The notes below the pieces were generated by a model. It did not search any database. It saw only the letters and a list, made by a program, of their open reading frames with translations, and had not been told where the DNA came from. From Candidatus Methylacidiphilales bacterium (GTDB taxonomy: Bacteria > Verrucomicrobiota > Verrucomicrobiia > Methylacidiphilales > JANWVL01): a stretch of DNA of 64,000 nt. The position numbers and the translations under genes are program-made. This document shows positions 41,408-50,773 of this stretch, one piece after another. The DNA is taken from the NCBI GenBank assembly GCA_025056655.1, contig JANWVL010000082.1, positions 813 through 64,812 of the forward strand. The letters are read 5' to 3'. Position 1 is the first letter of the stretch; every line of letters begins with the position of its first letter.

Positions 41408-43822
41408 ATGGTGAAAATCGACCTCCACCTTCACTCACTCTATTCCGATCGGCCAAGCGAATGGATCCTACGCCGACTTGGCCTCCCCCAAAGCTACAGC
41501 CCGGCAGAAGTGCTTTATCAAAAGCTCCACGCCGCAGGCATGACCTACAAGACCATCACAGACCATCACCGCATAGACGGCTGTCTCGAGCTATTAGCAA
41601 AGCATCCAGAGGACACCTTCATCAGCGAAGAAGTCACCACCTACTTCCCCGATGGATGCAAAATTCACCTCCTCGTTTGGAATATCAACATCTCCCAACA
41701 CGAAGAAATCAACGCCCTCCGCGAAAACATCTATGAACTTTCCGCATACCTCCGCCTCCACCACATCCCTCACGCCGTCACACACCCTCTCATCTCTCTC
41801 AACCAAAAATTCACGATCGAACATTTTGAAAAACTCATCCTCCTCTTCTCCACCTTCGAATCAATCAATGGCAACCGCGAACCCCTCACCCAAGAAATCG
41901 CCACCCTCTGCCTACTAAGCCTCACGCCAGAAAAAATCGAAGAACTCGCAAATCGCCATAACCTCACCCCCACACACCCGCATCCTCACCTCAAAAGTTT
42001 CACCGCAGGATCAGATGACCACGGAGGCCTAGCCGTCGCTGCTGCCTTTACCGAAGCCCCACAAGCACGCACCCTACAAGAATTTTTCCAAGCCATCCAA
42101 GAACGGCGCACACAAAACCACGGTTCGCGCGGCGATCCACTCCGCCTTGCAAACAACGTTTACAACACCATCCTCGGCTACGCCCGCACCAAACTCACCA
42201 AACAAGCACCTAAAGCCACTCAACTCCTCACTCGCATCGTCGATCGTTTCCTTTCCGGAAAAAATCCCACAAACTTCTCCTTTTCAGAAAAACTCACATT
42301 CGCCACCGAAGCAATTCGCTCCGGAGCCATTCTCGACTGGATCAACCCAAACTCCGCTTCCCTCACACAAGACCTCGCCACCTTCTTCTCCTCTCCTGAA
42401 ACCCATGCCGCCCTCGAAAAAGCTATCCGCGAAGAAGCCACCGAAAGCCGCCGCACCTTCCGCATGGCTTCTTACCTCGCCAACACTCTGATCTATCGCT
42501 TTGCCATCCAAATCTTCGACCGCATACGAGAAGGCCGATGGTTCGATGCTCTCCAGCCCCTCTCCGGTTTCCTTCCAGTCTTAGCCAGCATCGCCCCTTA
42601 CCTCGTTGCATTTCGCCAATTCTGTCCCGATCGCCCCTTTCTCCAACAAGTATCCAAAACTTTTCTAACCCAAACCCCAGAAACGCTAAAGCGACATAAA
42701 ACCGCATGGTTCACCGACACACTCGAAGACGTAAACGGCGTCACACGCACCATCCGAGCACTCACTGCCGCAATCCACGACCTCGGTCATCCAATTGAAA
42801 TTATCTCTTGCCACGCCCACATCTCCATCCAAAACCTCCCGATCCGCAATTTCCCCCCTCTCGGAGAGTTCCCTGTGCCTGAATATGAACTGCAGCGTGT
42901 CAGCTTCCCACCCCTCCTGGACATCCTAGACACGATTTACACCCAACAATTCACCGAAATCATCGTCAGCACACCTGGCCCCGTCGGCCTCGTTGGTCTC
43001 CTTGCCGCACGACTTCTCGGACTGCCTCTGCATATGGTCTATCACACAGATTTCCCACAATATGCACTCTATCTCAGCGACGACCAAATGATGGAATCGC
43101 TCACCTGGTCTTACATGCAATGGTTCTATGGCCAAGCTGATCGCCTCTATGTCAACACCGAAGCCTATCGCCAAGCTTGGGAAAAACGCAGTATCCCATC
43201 CCACAAAATTTCCATACTACCGCGCGGCATCGACACCCACCTCTTCCACTTTCAGAAACGCAACGCAGACTTTTGGAAGTCCTACGGAGCCACCAACCCC
43301 GTCGTCCTCTACGTCGGCCGCATATCCAAAGAAAAAAATCTCGCCTTCCTGGCCTCTGTGTGGCCAATCGTGCAAACCCTTATCCCAACAGCAACCCTAG
43401 CATTCGTCGGAGACGGCCCTTACCGCGCTGAATTACAAAAACTGATCCCCTCCGCTCTTTTCACCGGTCCGCTCATCGGCGAAACACTCGCCACAGCTTA
43501 CGCTTCATCCGACCTTTTCCTCTTCCCAAGCACAACCGACACCTTCGGCAACGTAGTCCTCGAAGCGCTGGCTTCGGGCCTCCCAGTCATCTGCTCAACA
43601 ATCGGTGGCCCAGCTGAACTACTTCGTCGTTGCCGCCTCGGCCAAGCGATTTCTACCGACGACCCGTCCTCCTGGGCTCATGCCATCGTAGAGACTTTAC
43701 ACAACCCCCCCCACGAATCAGCCCGTCTTGCTCAATCTGAGCGGATCCGCAAAGAGTGGGATTGGAAACAAGCCGCAGCCCAATTCGTTCAGCTTCTCAC
43801 TGAGCCCATACCCAAAGCCTAG
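41408..43822 (+). CDS. fusion protein: N-terminal PHP phosphoesterase domain, about 200-aa linker, C-terminal GT4 (group 1) glycosyltransferase
   Basis: 804 aa. PHP motifs IDLHLHSLYSD, TDHH and GSDDHG. GT4 half with GRISKEKN and FPSTTDTFGNVVLEALASGLPVI. Confidence 0.8.
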   Translation: MVKIDLHLHSLYSDRPSEWILRRLGLPQSYSPAEVLYQKLHAAGMTYKTITDHHRIDGCLELLAKHPEDTFISEEVTTYFPDGCKIHLLVWNINISQHEEINALRENIYELSAYLRLHHIPHAVTHPLISLNQKFTIEHFEKLILLFSTFESINGNREPLTQEIATLCLLSLTPEKIEELANRHNLTPTHPHPHLKSFTAGSDDHGGLAVAAAFTEAPQARTLQEFFQAIQERRTQNHGSRGDPLRLANNVYNTILGYARTKLTKQAPKATQLLTRIVDRFLSGKNPTNFSFSEKLTFATEAIRSGAILDWINPNSASLTQDLATFFSSPETHAALEKAIREEATESRRTFRMASYLANTLIYRFAIQIFDRIREGRWFDALQPLSGFLPVLASIAPYLVAFRQFCPDRPFLQQVSKTFLTQTPETLKRHKTAWFTDTLEDVNGVTRTIRALTAAIHDLGHPIEIISCHAHISIQNLPIRNFPPLGEFPVPEYELQRVSFPPLLDILDTIYTQQFTEIIVSTPGPVGLVGLLAARLLGLPLHMVYHTDFPQYALYLSDDQMMESLTWSYMQWFYGQADRLYVNTEAYRQAWEKRSIPSHKISILPRGIDTHLFHFQKRNADFWKSYGATNPVVLYVGRISKEKNLAFLASVWPIVQTLIPTATLAFVGDGPYRAELQKLIPSALFTGPLIGETLATAYASSDLFLFPSTTDTFGNVVLEALASGLPVICSTIGGPAELLRRCRLGQAISTDDPSSWAHAIVETLHNPPHESARLAQSERIRKEWDWKQAAAQFVQLLTEPIPKA

Positions 43823-43845
43823 GCAGACAACGCATACATTTGAAG

Positions 43846-45348
43846 CTAACTCACACCCAACCCCGAAAAAGCACGACGATCGTTAATCTGATACAGCTCA
43901 TCATAACTAACCGTATTCTTCGGAAGTCGCCGAAACCAGTCCAGCTGCCCATTGTTTCGTAACGTCGTATATAACTGGATCGCCTTGCCTTCAGCATCCC
44001 GTGCCCCAGAAACCACCTCTTCCGCATCGAGAGCGCCGTTGATCTCCGCCTGATAAACCAAATTCCGACTCAGACGGCTGGCTGTTAACCGACTGCCGAT
44101 CACAACCGAATCCTCAACTGTAGAATAGCCATCCGTCTGTGTCCGAAACAACACCGAACGCCGAACTCTTTCGATAGGCGCGGAAGATTCGATCATTAAA
44201 GTCTGAGTAGCCGGATCATAAGCCTGACCGACTTCAAAAAACTGCCGCATCGCTTCCGACTCACTCCCCTCGCCTACTAGCTTGAGACAATTCTCGAAAT
44301 ACTTCGACACGGTGCCAAAATCCCACCAAAGAGTCTCCTGACCCACATCTTGAACGCCAACGCGCGCTCGCGATGAAAGTCTAGGAATAAGACGCTGAAT
44401 CCTTTGCCAATGAGCCTCTGCAGCCGAAAACGGCAATCCTTTTTTAGCCATGATTTCTTGATACGTCTGCAAATCGAGCGTAAGCGGCATCCAAAAATGC
44501 GGATCCGCGTCCATCTTCGTGGATTGCCTTTGTAGTTCGGTTTGAAATTCCTCAAGAAGGAGAGCCAGAAATTCTGCTGAAAGCCCAAAGGAACCTAGAC
44601 TGACCGCCATGCCACCCGAGATGTGAATTGCGTCTTTCTCAACCAACGAACGCATCGTTGCAAAGTCGATTTTTTCAAGTTGTTGTGCTGATTGCGAGGC
44701 TGAGTCGATCGCAAGAAGACCGTATGCGGAAAGGTTGCGCGCTTCCCAAAGCGCACGATCTATGGGCGGTGAAAGCACCTGTCCGATAATATCGACGGCA
44801 TAAGAGGAAAGATTTTGGAGCCCGCGTGAAGGAATAAAAATCTGATCGCCCCAAAACACCGACAAGCGACCCTTTCGCACAGGAGCAAAGAGCACAGTCT
44901 GCTTGATGACCGCTTCAAGTAGCGTGTAAGCAAATACCCCGGAACCGCTTGGAATCGGCACAGGCAGCTTAACTGCAGGCTTATTATTTTCCTCGCTTCC
45001 AGGCAAGGGTGCTAGGCGTGTGCCTTTGCCAGCCGTGTGATAAAGTGCGACCGATTCTCCACGGCAGAGGCGCTCCATAAGACTCGGATGTCCCGAGGCC
45101 AAAGCTTGTTCATTGGCTTTCTGCCAAGCATAAAGAGTGCCCAGACCGTTTCCTGCGCCGCCAGGCCAATCCTCGTGCACCACATAGAGCGTTGCCCATG
45201 CGTGCCCAATAGCACTCAAGGTCTCAGCCAGCCTTGCTCTCCAAAATGCCGCTTGCGCTGAGTTCGCTACCGAGAGAATGAGAACGTCGAAACCTTGGCT
45301 CTGAGCACAGGCACATGTGATTGCGTCTAAGTTTTCACGAACAGACAT
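43846..45348 (-). CDS. nucleotidyltransferase-like protein resembling the fucose-1-phosphate guanylyltransferase (FPGT / Fkp N-terminal, Fucokinase-family) domain
   Basis: 500 aa. FDVLILSVANSAQAAFWRARL followed by YHTAGKGTRLAPLPGSEENNKPAVKLP (a G-x-G-T-R-L-x-P-L-like NTP-transferase loop). No GHMP kinase domain. Assigned by eye from memory of the family. Confidence 0.5.
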   Translation of the reverse strand: MSVRENLDAITCACAQSQGFDVLILSVANSAQAAFWRARLAETLSAIGHAWATLYVVHEDWPGGAGNGLGTLYAWQKANEQALASGHPSLMERLCRGESVALYHTAGKGTRLAPLPGSEENNKPAVKLPVPIPSGSGVFAYTLLEAVIKQTVLFAPVRKGRLSVFWGDQIFIPSRGLQNLSSYAVDIIGQVLSPPIDRALWEARNLSAYGLLAIDSASQSAQQLEKIDFATMRSLVEKDAIHISGGMAVSLGSFGLSAEFLALLLEEFQTELQRQSTKMDADPHFWMPLTLDLQTYQEIMAKKGLPFSAAEAHWQRIQRLIPRLSSRARVGVQDVGQETLWWDFGTVSKYFENCLKLVGEGSESEAMRQFFEVGQAYDPATQTLMIESSAPIERVRRSVLFRTQTDGYSTVEDSVVIGSRLTASRLSRNLVYQAEINGALDAEEVVSGARDAEGKAIQLYTTLRNNGQLDWFRRLPKNTVSYDELYQINDRRAFSGLGVS

Positions 45349-45463
45349 GCCGACACCCTAGCAAGGGTAGAACATGCGGCGAGAAAAGAATGCTGCCGTG
45401 AAATCCGAATCCAAAATGTTTGTGAGCTAAATCGTCTCCTTAAACACTGGCTCTGCTCAAGCA

Positions 45464-46081
45464 CTATGCCATGCGAGGAAGACGTCGCTCGACTGCAGCC
45501 CAGTCTATGTAGTTGATGAATTCGTCAATGTAAGCCGCTCGCGCAGTATAGAAATCTGCATAGTAGGCGTGCTCATAGACATCCAGCGCAAGCAATGGGG
45601 TGACGCCCCAGACTGGAAAAGTGTTTTGTGCATCGCCAATGTAGTTAAAAAGACGGCCGCTTGTGTGATCAAGGCCTGTCCAGACCCAGCCGCGCGCTGC
45701 TATCCCAGTAGCTTTAAGGTCTTTTTTGTAATTATCGAAGGAGCCAAAGGATTCATTTATGAGTTCTAGAATTTTGCCCGAGGGTTTGCCGTCGCCGCCG
45801 AGGATATCGAAATAGATCTCGTGATTGATCAGACCCCCGTAGGCAAAGGTGAAATCTACTTTGAGGCTGCGAAGAGTGGAAAAGATTTGATTTGCCATGG
45901 CTGGATTAGTCGGATCAGGAGCACCTATTTTTTCCAGCTCTTCTAGGATGGCATTCGTTTTATTCACATAGCCCGTATAGAGCTTCATGTGCTCTTCGTG
46001 GGTTTTATCAGAGATTTTTCCAGTTTTTCCTTTGACTTTAGCGAGGAGTTCATCCTGACGGTTGGGATATTTGTAGGCCAT
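45464..46081 (-). CDS. sodA: Fe/Mn superoxide dismutase
   Basis: 205 aa. All four metal ligands can be placed (THEEH..., LINHEIY, DVYEHAYY). Confidence 0.85.
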   Translation of the reverse strand: MAYKYPNRQDELLAKVKGKTGKISDKTHEEHMKLYTGYVNKTNAILEELEKIGAPDPTNPAMANQIFSTLRSLKVDFTFAYGGLINHEIYFDILGGDGKPSGKILELINESFGSFDNYKKDLKATGIAARGWVWTGLDHTSGRLFNYIGDAQNTFPVWGVTPLLALDVYEHAYYADFYTARAAYIDEFINYIDWAAVERRLPRMA

Positions 46082-46202
46082 ATTTTTTGGGGGTTAAACG
46101 GCCTTAAGTTTAATCCCAGTAGAACGTTTGTCAAATAGGCGCCTTACGGCATTGAGCCTTGGTTTTCGACTCCTACTTGTGAGGCGATGAAAATTTCTTA
46201 TT

Positions 46203-47144
46203 ATGGACTTTTGTATGTCGCTATCTCCACTGCAACAAGAGATATTAGAGCTGAAACGGGCAAAACGTGCGGTTATTTTGGCTCATAACTACCAAGCGCG
46301 AGAGATACAAGAGATAGCAGATTTTGTGGGAGACTCCTTAGGACTTTCTTATCAAGCGCAGGCTACCGAAGCAGAGCGGATTATTTTTTGTGGGGTGCAT
46401 TTCATGGCCGAAACCGCGAAGATCGTGAATCCGACTCGAAGGGTATTTATCCCCGACCCACAGGCAGGATGTTCACTTTCAGACTCATGCCCTGCAGAGG
46501 CTCTTGCAGAGTATCAAAGAAAAAATCCAGGACTCTATACCGTGGCTTACATAAATTGCACCGCCGCGGTAAAAGCACTTAGCGATGTGATATGCACTTC
46601 CGGAAACGCTGTCACAATCGTAAACCGTGTTCCGGCAGATCGAGAGATCCTTTTTGTGCCCGATCAAAATTTAGGAGCATGGGTGATGGAAAAAACGGGA
46701 AGACCCATGCGGCTGTGGGAGGGAAATTGCTACGTGCACGTCGAATTTACACACGATCGACTGTTAGAAATCAAAGCTGCCTATCCAGACGCACCTATTG
46801 TGGCACATCCGGAATGTATGAGGGCAGTTAGAATGTTGGCTGATGAGGTGTGTTCGACCGAAAAAATGGTGCACTACTGCCGCGAGCATCCCGCTCAAGT
46901 GTTTATCATTGCGACTGAGTCAGGAATGTTGCACCGCCTACGCAGAGAGATCCCAAATAAAACCTTTATCCCAGCTCCCACAGAGCGCTGCGCGTGCGCG
47001 GACTGCCGCTATATGAAGATGATCACTTTAGAAAAACTTCACCGCACTCTGATTGAGGAATGTAATGAAGTGAATATCCCACCTGAAATTCAGGAAAAAG
47101 CCCGTATTCCCCTCCTCCGAATGCTCGAATGGAGCCGTAATTAA
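46203..47144 (+). CDS. nadA: quinolinate synthase
   Basis: 313 aa. ILAHNYQ, FMAETAKI and HPEC, with Cys ligands present. Confidence 0.92.
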   Translation: MDFCMSLSPLQQEILELKRAKRAVILAHNYQAREIQEIADFVGDSLGLSYQAQATEAERIIFCGVHFMAETAKIVNPTRRVFIPDPQAGCSLSDSCPAEALAEYQRKNPGLYTVAYINCTAAVKALSDVICTSGNAVTIVNRVPADREILFVPDQNLGAWVMEKTGRPMRLWEGNCYVHVEFTHDRLLEIKAAYPDAPIVAHPECMRAVRMLADEVCSTEKMVHYCREHPAQVFIIATESGMLHRLRREIPNKTFIPAPTERCACADCRYMKMITLEKLHRTLIEECNEVNIPPEIQEKARIPLLRMLEWSRN

Positions 47145-47152
47145 CTTCGGCG

Positions 47153-48436
47153 ATGAAAACTTCAGTCCGTTTTTTACTAGTCGCCCTGGTCTTTGCGATA
47201 TTCGTAGCGATCGGGTCACTTTACATGCGCTTTTATGTAGCACCTAAAACGCACGGAATCATTCTATTTATTGCAAACGGCTACGACATTTCCCTTATCA
47301 ATCGCGCACGCCTACAGGCTGCAAAGAAAGGCCAATCCCTACACATGGATCGCTTACATCAAGTCGCTTTGCTCACTACGCGTGGATTAAATGAAAACGT
47401 CGCGGATGATGCAGCTTCGGCTACTGCATTAGCATCCGGAGAACTTAGCCCCAATTCCATCGTCGGCTACAACTCTCTTGGTCGTCGCCTCGACACGCTT
47501 ATCTATGCAGCCCAACGCGCCGGACGTCTCACCGGGCTTGTCACCACAAATGAACTCACCGCAAACACTCCTACCGCTTTCTACAGCACCAAATCTAAGG
47601 ACCCCGAAAGCGCATATCAAGCTGCCGCTGAATTGATTGACACTTCCAACATCGACATCATCCTCGGAGGAGGCAAAGCTTATTTCACCCCAGCAAGCGT
47701 TAAAAATCCTTACGGCCGCCTCGATCGAAGAGACCTCATCTCAGAGGCCGATAAACGCGGATACGAGATCGTGATGACTCGAAAAGCCCTCGAGGCCATC
47801 CCGCGCTGGCCACAGCGCCGCGTATTTGGACTTTTTGCTGATCACGCATTCATCTACTCAAGCTTGACACAAGGCACTATGGACCAGCCTAGCCTAGCAG
47901 ACCTTACCCGACGCGCCATCGAGCTCATGGATCTTCATCTTGGGGGTTACTTCCTGGTTATAGATCATGGTCTGATTGAAAATGCCTCGCGCCGTAACTT
48001 GACTCAGCTCGCTCTCAACGAAATCGCCGCACTCGATGAAGCCATACGAGTCGCTATCGCCTACGCCGGCAGAAAATCTCTCATCTTATGCACCAGTAAT
48101 TTCAGCCTAGGTTCTCTCGACGTCCGACGCAGTCAACTCATCGAATCAACTCCCCCTACAGAAGATATCACTTACGACTGGCTCTCAGGGCCAGGCGGCA
48201 AACTTTCCTCACCTCATCCCTCTTCCCCTGCCACAACCCTTCAAGACCTCTATTTACGCATTCAATCCCCCAACGACCTCGCCCTACTCACCCCACAACC
48301 CGCCATCCACTACTCCGACGAAGCTGAAATCACCTCTCGCCCCTCCTGGATTGCCTCTCGCGGCTTCGGTGAAGACTACTTCCGTGGGTTCCTCGACGCG
48401 ACGGAAATTTACAATCTCATCGTTCGGCTCTACTAA
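47153..48436 (+). CDS. membrane-anchored alkaline-phosphatase-fold protein, probably catalytically inactive
   Basis: 427 aa. Clear PhoA-like blocks (IILFIANGYD, VADDAASATALASG, GYFLVIDHGLIEN, LILCTSNFS), but key catalytic positions are substituted (see findings). Confidence 0.75.
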   Translation: MKTSVRFLLVALVFAIFVAIGSLYMRFYVAPKTHGIILFIANGYDISLINRARLQAAKKGQSLHMDRLHQVALLTTRGLNENVADDAASATALASGELSPNSIVGYNSLGRRLDTLIYAAQRAGRLTGLVTTNELTANTPTAFYSTKSKDPESAYQAAAELIDTSNIDIILGGGKAYFTPASVKNPYGRLDRRDLISEADKRGYEIVMTRKALEAIPRWPQRRVFGLFADHAFIYSSLTQGTMDQPSLADLTRRAIELMDLHLGGYFLVIDHGLIENASRRNLTQLALNEIAALDEAIRVAIAYAGRKSLILCTSNFSLGSLDVRRSQLIESTPPTEDITYDWLSGPGGKLSSPHPSSPATTLQDLYLRIQSPNDLALLTPQPAIHYSDEAEITSRPSWIASRGFGEDYFRGFLDATEIYNLIVRLY

Positions 48437-48514
48437 ACCTCACTTACTGATCTTTCCATCACACACGCCCCCATTGCGCCTCAGCAATCCCTAAAAATCC
48501 TCCCCTAAAACCCA

Positions 48515-48588
48515 TCGGACCGGCGAGATTTGAACTCGCGACCCCTTGCACCCCAAGCAAGTGCGCTACCAGGCTGCGCTACGGCCCG
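48515..48588 (-). tRNA. tRNA-Pro (anticodon GGG)
   Basis: The reverse complement CGGGCCGTAGCGCAGCCTGGTAGCGCACTTGCTTGGGGTGCAAGGGGTCGCGAGTTCAAATCTCGCCGGTCCGA folds as a cloverleaf: 7-bp acceptor stem, anticodon loop TTGGGGT, T-loop TTCAAAT. Confidence 0.9.
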
Positions 48589-48753
48589 TGATCAGCACAG
48601 GGTAGTCTCCCTGCTACTCTCCACCCTCTCTACAGAAAATCCACCTCAAAGCAATTCTTTTGTGGTAGACAAAAACTCCTTCTCTAAGGAAAACTATCGC
48701 CCAAAAACTCTCCATATCTTATTTACAATCCAATCCACCAACCCACCTCAACT

Positions 48754-49878
48754 ATGACCACAAAATCCCGCGGACTCGAAGGCGTCATCGCAGCTGAAAC
48801 TTCCATCGGCGACGTGCAAGGCGAACAAGGCATCCTCCACTACTGTGGATACGATATCAACGAGCTCGCAGGCAAAGCCACATACGAAGAAGTAGTCTAC
48901 CTACTATGGAACGAATCCCTGCCCACTCGCCACGAGCTCGAAAAACTCACTACCGCTCTACGTGCCGAACGCGAACTCCCCCAAGGCATCATCGACTACA
49001 TCACCTCAGCCCCTCGAAACGCCGCCCCCATAGACGTCATGCGAACAGCAGTCTCCATGCTCGGCTGTTACGACACCCAGCGATACGACCTCGATATGGA
49101 CGCCAACCGAGCCCATGCCATCAAGCTCGTCGCTCAAGTCGGCATCATCGCTGCATACTTCCACCGAGCTCGTCAAGGTCTTCCCCTCCCCCCTATCCGA
49201 AAGGATCTCGGCGAAGCTGCCCATTTCCTTTACCTCCTCACAGGCGAGACGCCCTCCGCTGAAGCAGCTCGCACGCTCGATGTAGCCTATGTTCTCCATG
49301 CAGAACACGGATTCAACGCCTCCACTTTCACAGCTCGCGTCGTTGCCTCCACCCTCTCCGACATCTATTCTGCCGTATCCGCAGCCATCGGCGCACTCAA
49401 AGGCCCTCTCCATGGCGGAGCCAATGAAGGCGTAATCCACATGCTCAAAGAAATTGGCACCTTGGAAAACGTTGACCTATGGATCGAAAACGCCCTCGCA
49501 CAAAAGAAAAAAATCATGGGCATCGGCCATCGCGTCTACAAAGTCCTCGACCCACGAGCACCTCACCTCAAAGCCATGGCGACCGAGCTCTGCAAAAAAC
49601 TCGGTGAACCCAAGTGGATACAAATGTCAGAGCGCATCGCACAAATCATGAAAGAAAAGAAAAACCTCAACGCAAACGTCGATTTCTACTCCGCCACAGT
49701 CTACTACTCACTCGGCATCCCCACCGACCTCTTCACCCCGATTTTCGCTATCGCACGCACCGCAGGATGGACTGCACACATCCTCGAGCAATACGCCAAC
49801 AACCGCCTCTTCCGCCCCTTGAGCGAATACACCGGCCGCCCTTATGGCCGCACATTTGTCCCAATTGATCAACGCTAA
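48754..49878 (+). CDS. gltA: citrate synthase (short, about 370-aa type)
   Basis: 374 aa. GPLHGGANE, GHRVYK, and a C-terminal ...ARTAGW. Confidence 0.92.
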   Translation: MTTKSRGLEGVIAAETSIGDVQGEQGILHYCGYDINELAGKATYEEVVYLLWNESLPTRHELEKLTTALRAERELPQGIIDYITSAPRNAAPIDVMRTAVSMLGCYDTQRYDLDMDANRAHAIKLVAQVGIIAAYFHRARQGLPLPPIRKDLGEAAHFLYLLTGETPSAEAARTLDVAYVLHAEHGFNASTFTARVVASTLSDIYSAVSAAIGALKGPLHGGANEGVIHMLKEIGTLENVDLWIENALAQKKKIMGIGHRVYKVLDPRAPHLKAMATELCKKLGEPKWIQMSERIAQIMKEKKNLNANVDFYSATVYYSLGIPTDLFTPIFAIARTAGWTAHILEQYANNRLFRPLSEYTGRPYGRTFVPIDQR

Positions 49879-49903
49879 CTCCCCACCCTCACCTCACCCC
49901 CCT

Positions 49904-50686
49904 ATGAAAGTCGTCATCCTCTGCGGCGGAAAAGGCACACGCCTTCGTGAAGAGACAGAATATCGCCCCAAACCCATGGTCCCCATCGGAGGCCAACCCA
50001 TCCTCTGGCACATCATGAAATACTACGCCCATTTCGGCTACAGAGAATTCATCCTCTGCCTCGGCTACAAAGGCGAAATGATCAAAGACTACTTCCGCAA
50101 CTACCACTGGAACACCTGCGACGTCACCCTCAACCTCGGCCCCACCCCACGCTACCAATTCCACAACCAACACAACGAACAAGACTGGATAGTCACCCTC
50201 GCCGACACAGGCATCGACACCATGACAGCCGCCCGCATCAAACGCATCCAACGTTACATCCCAGAAGGCCAGCCCTTCATGCTCACATACGGCGACGGCC
50301 TTTCAAACATAGACATCCACGCCCTCATCCGCTCCCACCGACAAGCTCAAAAAACCTGCACCCTCTCCGCCGTGCACCCAGCCGGACGATTCGGCTCACT
50401 CAAAATCGAACAAACCGGCACCGTATATACCTTCCACGAAAAACCCCAAATGGAAACCGCCTACGTCAACGGCGGCTACATGGTCTGCGAATACACCATG
50501 TTCAACTACCTCCCAGACGATCCCACCGTCATGCTCGAGCAACAACCCATGCTCCAACTCGTCCGAGACGGCCAACTCAACGCCTACAAACACGAAGGCT
50601 GGTGGCAACCCATGGACACTTACCAAGAAATGCAACACCTCAACAACCTCTGGGAACAAAACAAAGCACCCTGGAAAATTTGGTAA
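49904..50686 (+). CDS. rfbF: glucose-1-phosphate cytidylyltransferase
   Basis: The start is MKVVILCGGKGTRLREETEYRPKPMVPIGGQPILWHIM (ATG at 49904). The ORF-track start at 49844 overlaps gltA. Confidence 0.88.
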   Translation: MKVVILCGGKGTRLREETEYRPKPMVPIGGQPILWHIMKYYAHFGYREFILCLGYKGEMIKDYFRNYHWNTCDVTLNLGPTPRYQFHNQHNEQDWIVTLADTGIDTMTAARIKRIQRYIPEGQPFMLTYGDGLSNIDIHALIRSHRQAQKTCTLSAVHPAGRFGSLKIEQTGTVYTFHEKPQMETAYVNGGYMVCEYTMFNYLPDDPTVMLEQQPMLQLVRDGQLNAYKHEGWWQPMDTYQEMQHLNNLWEQNKAPWKIW

Positions 50687-50773
50687 CAACTCTTCCCCAC
50701 ACCCCCATCGCATTATCATTTACAAGCCCCACAAAAATCGGCAACGTCAACCCATAACCACCCTAATAACAAC

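Noticed and set aside
45464-46081. The divergent N-terminus of the SOD (no LPxLPY, and THEEHMKLY instead of HHxKHHxxY) as a sign of an inactive paralogue.
   Set aside because: With a one-residue gap, all four Fe/Mn ligands (His, His, Asp, His) and the DVYEHAYY motif are in place, so it is probably a normal enzyme of a divergent subfamily.
48530-48757. A 75-aa ORF, and likewise the 71-aa ORF at 59347-59562.
   Set aside because: Both overlap well-folding tRNA genes (tRNA-Pro and tRNA-Glu) and have no coding features.
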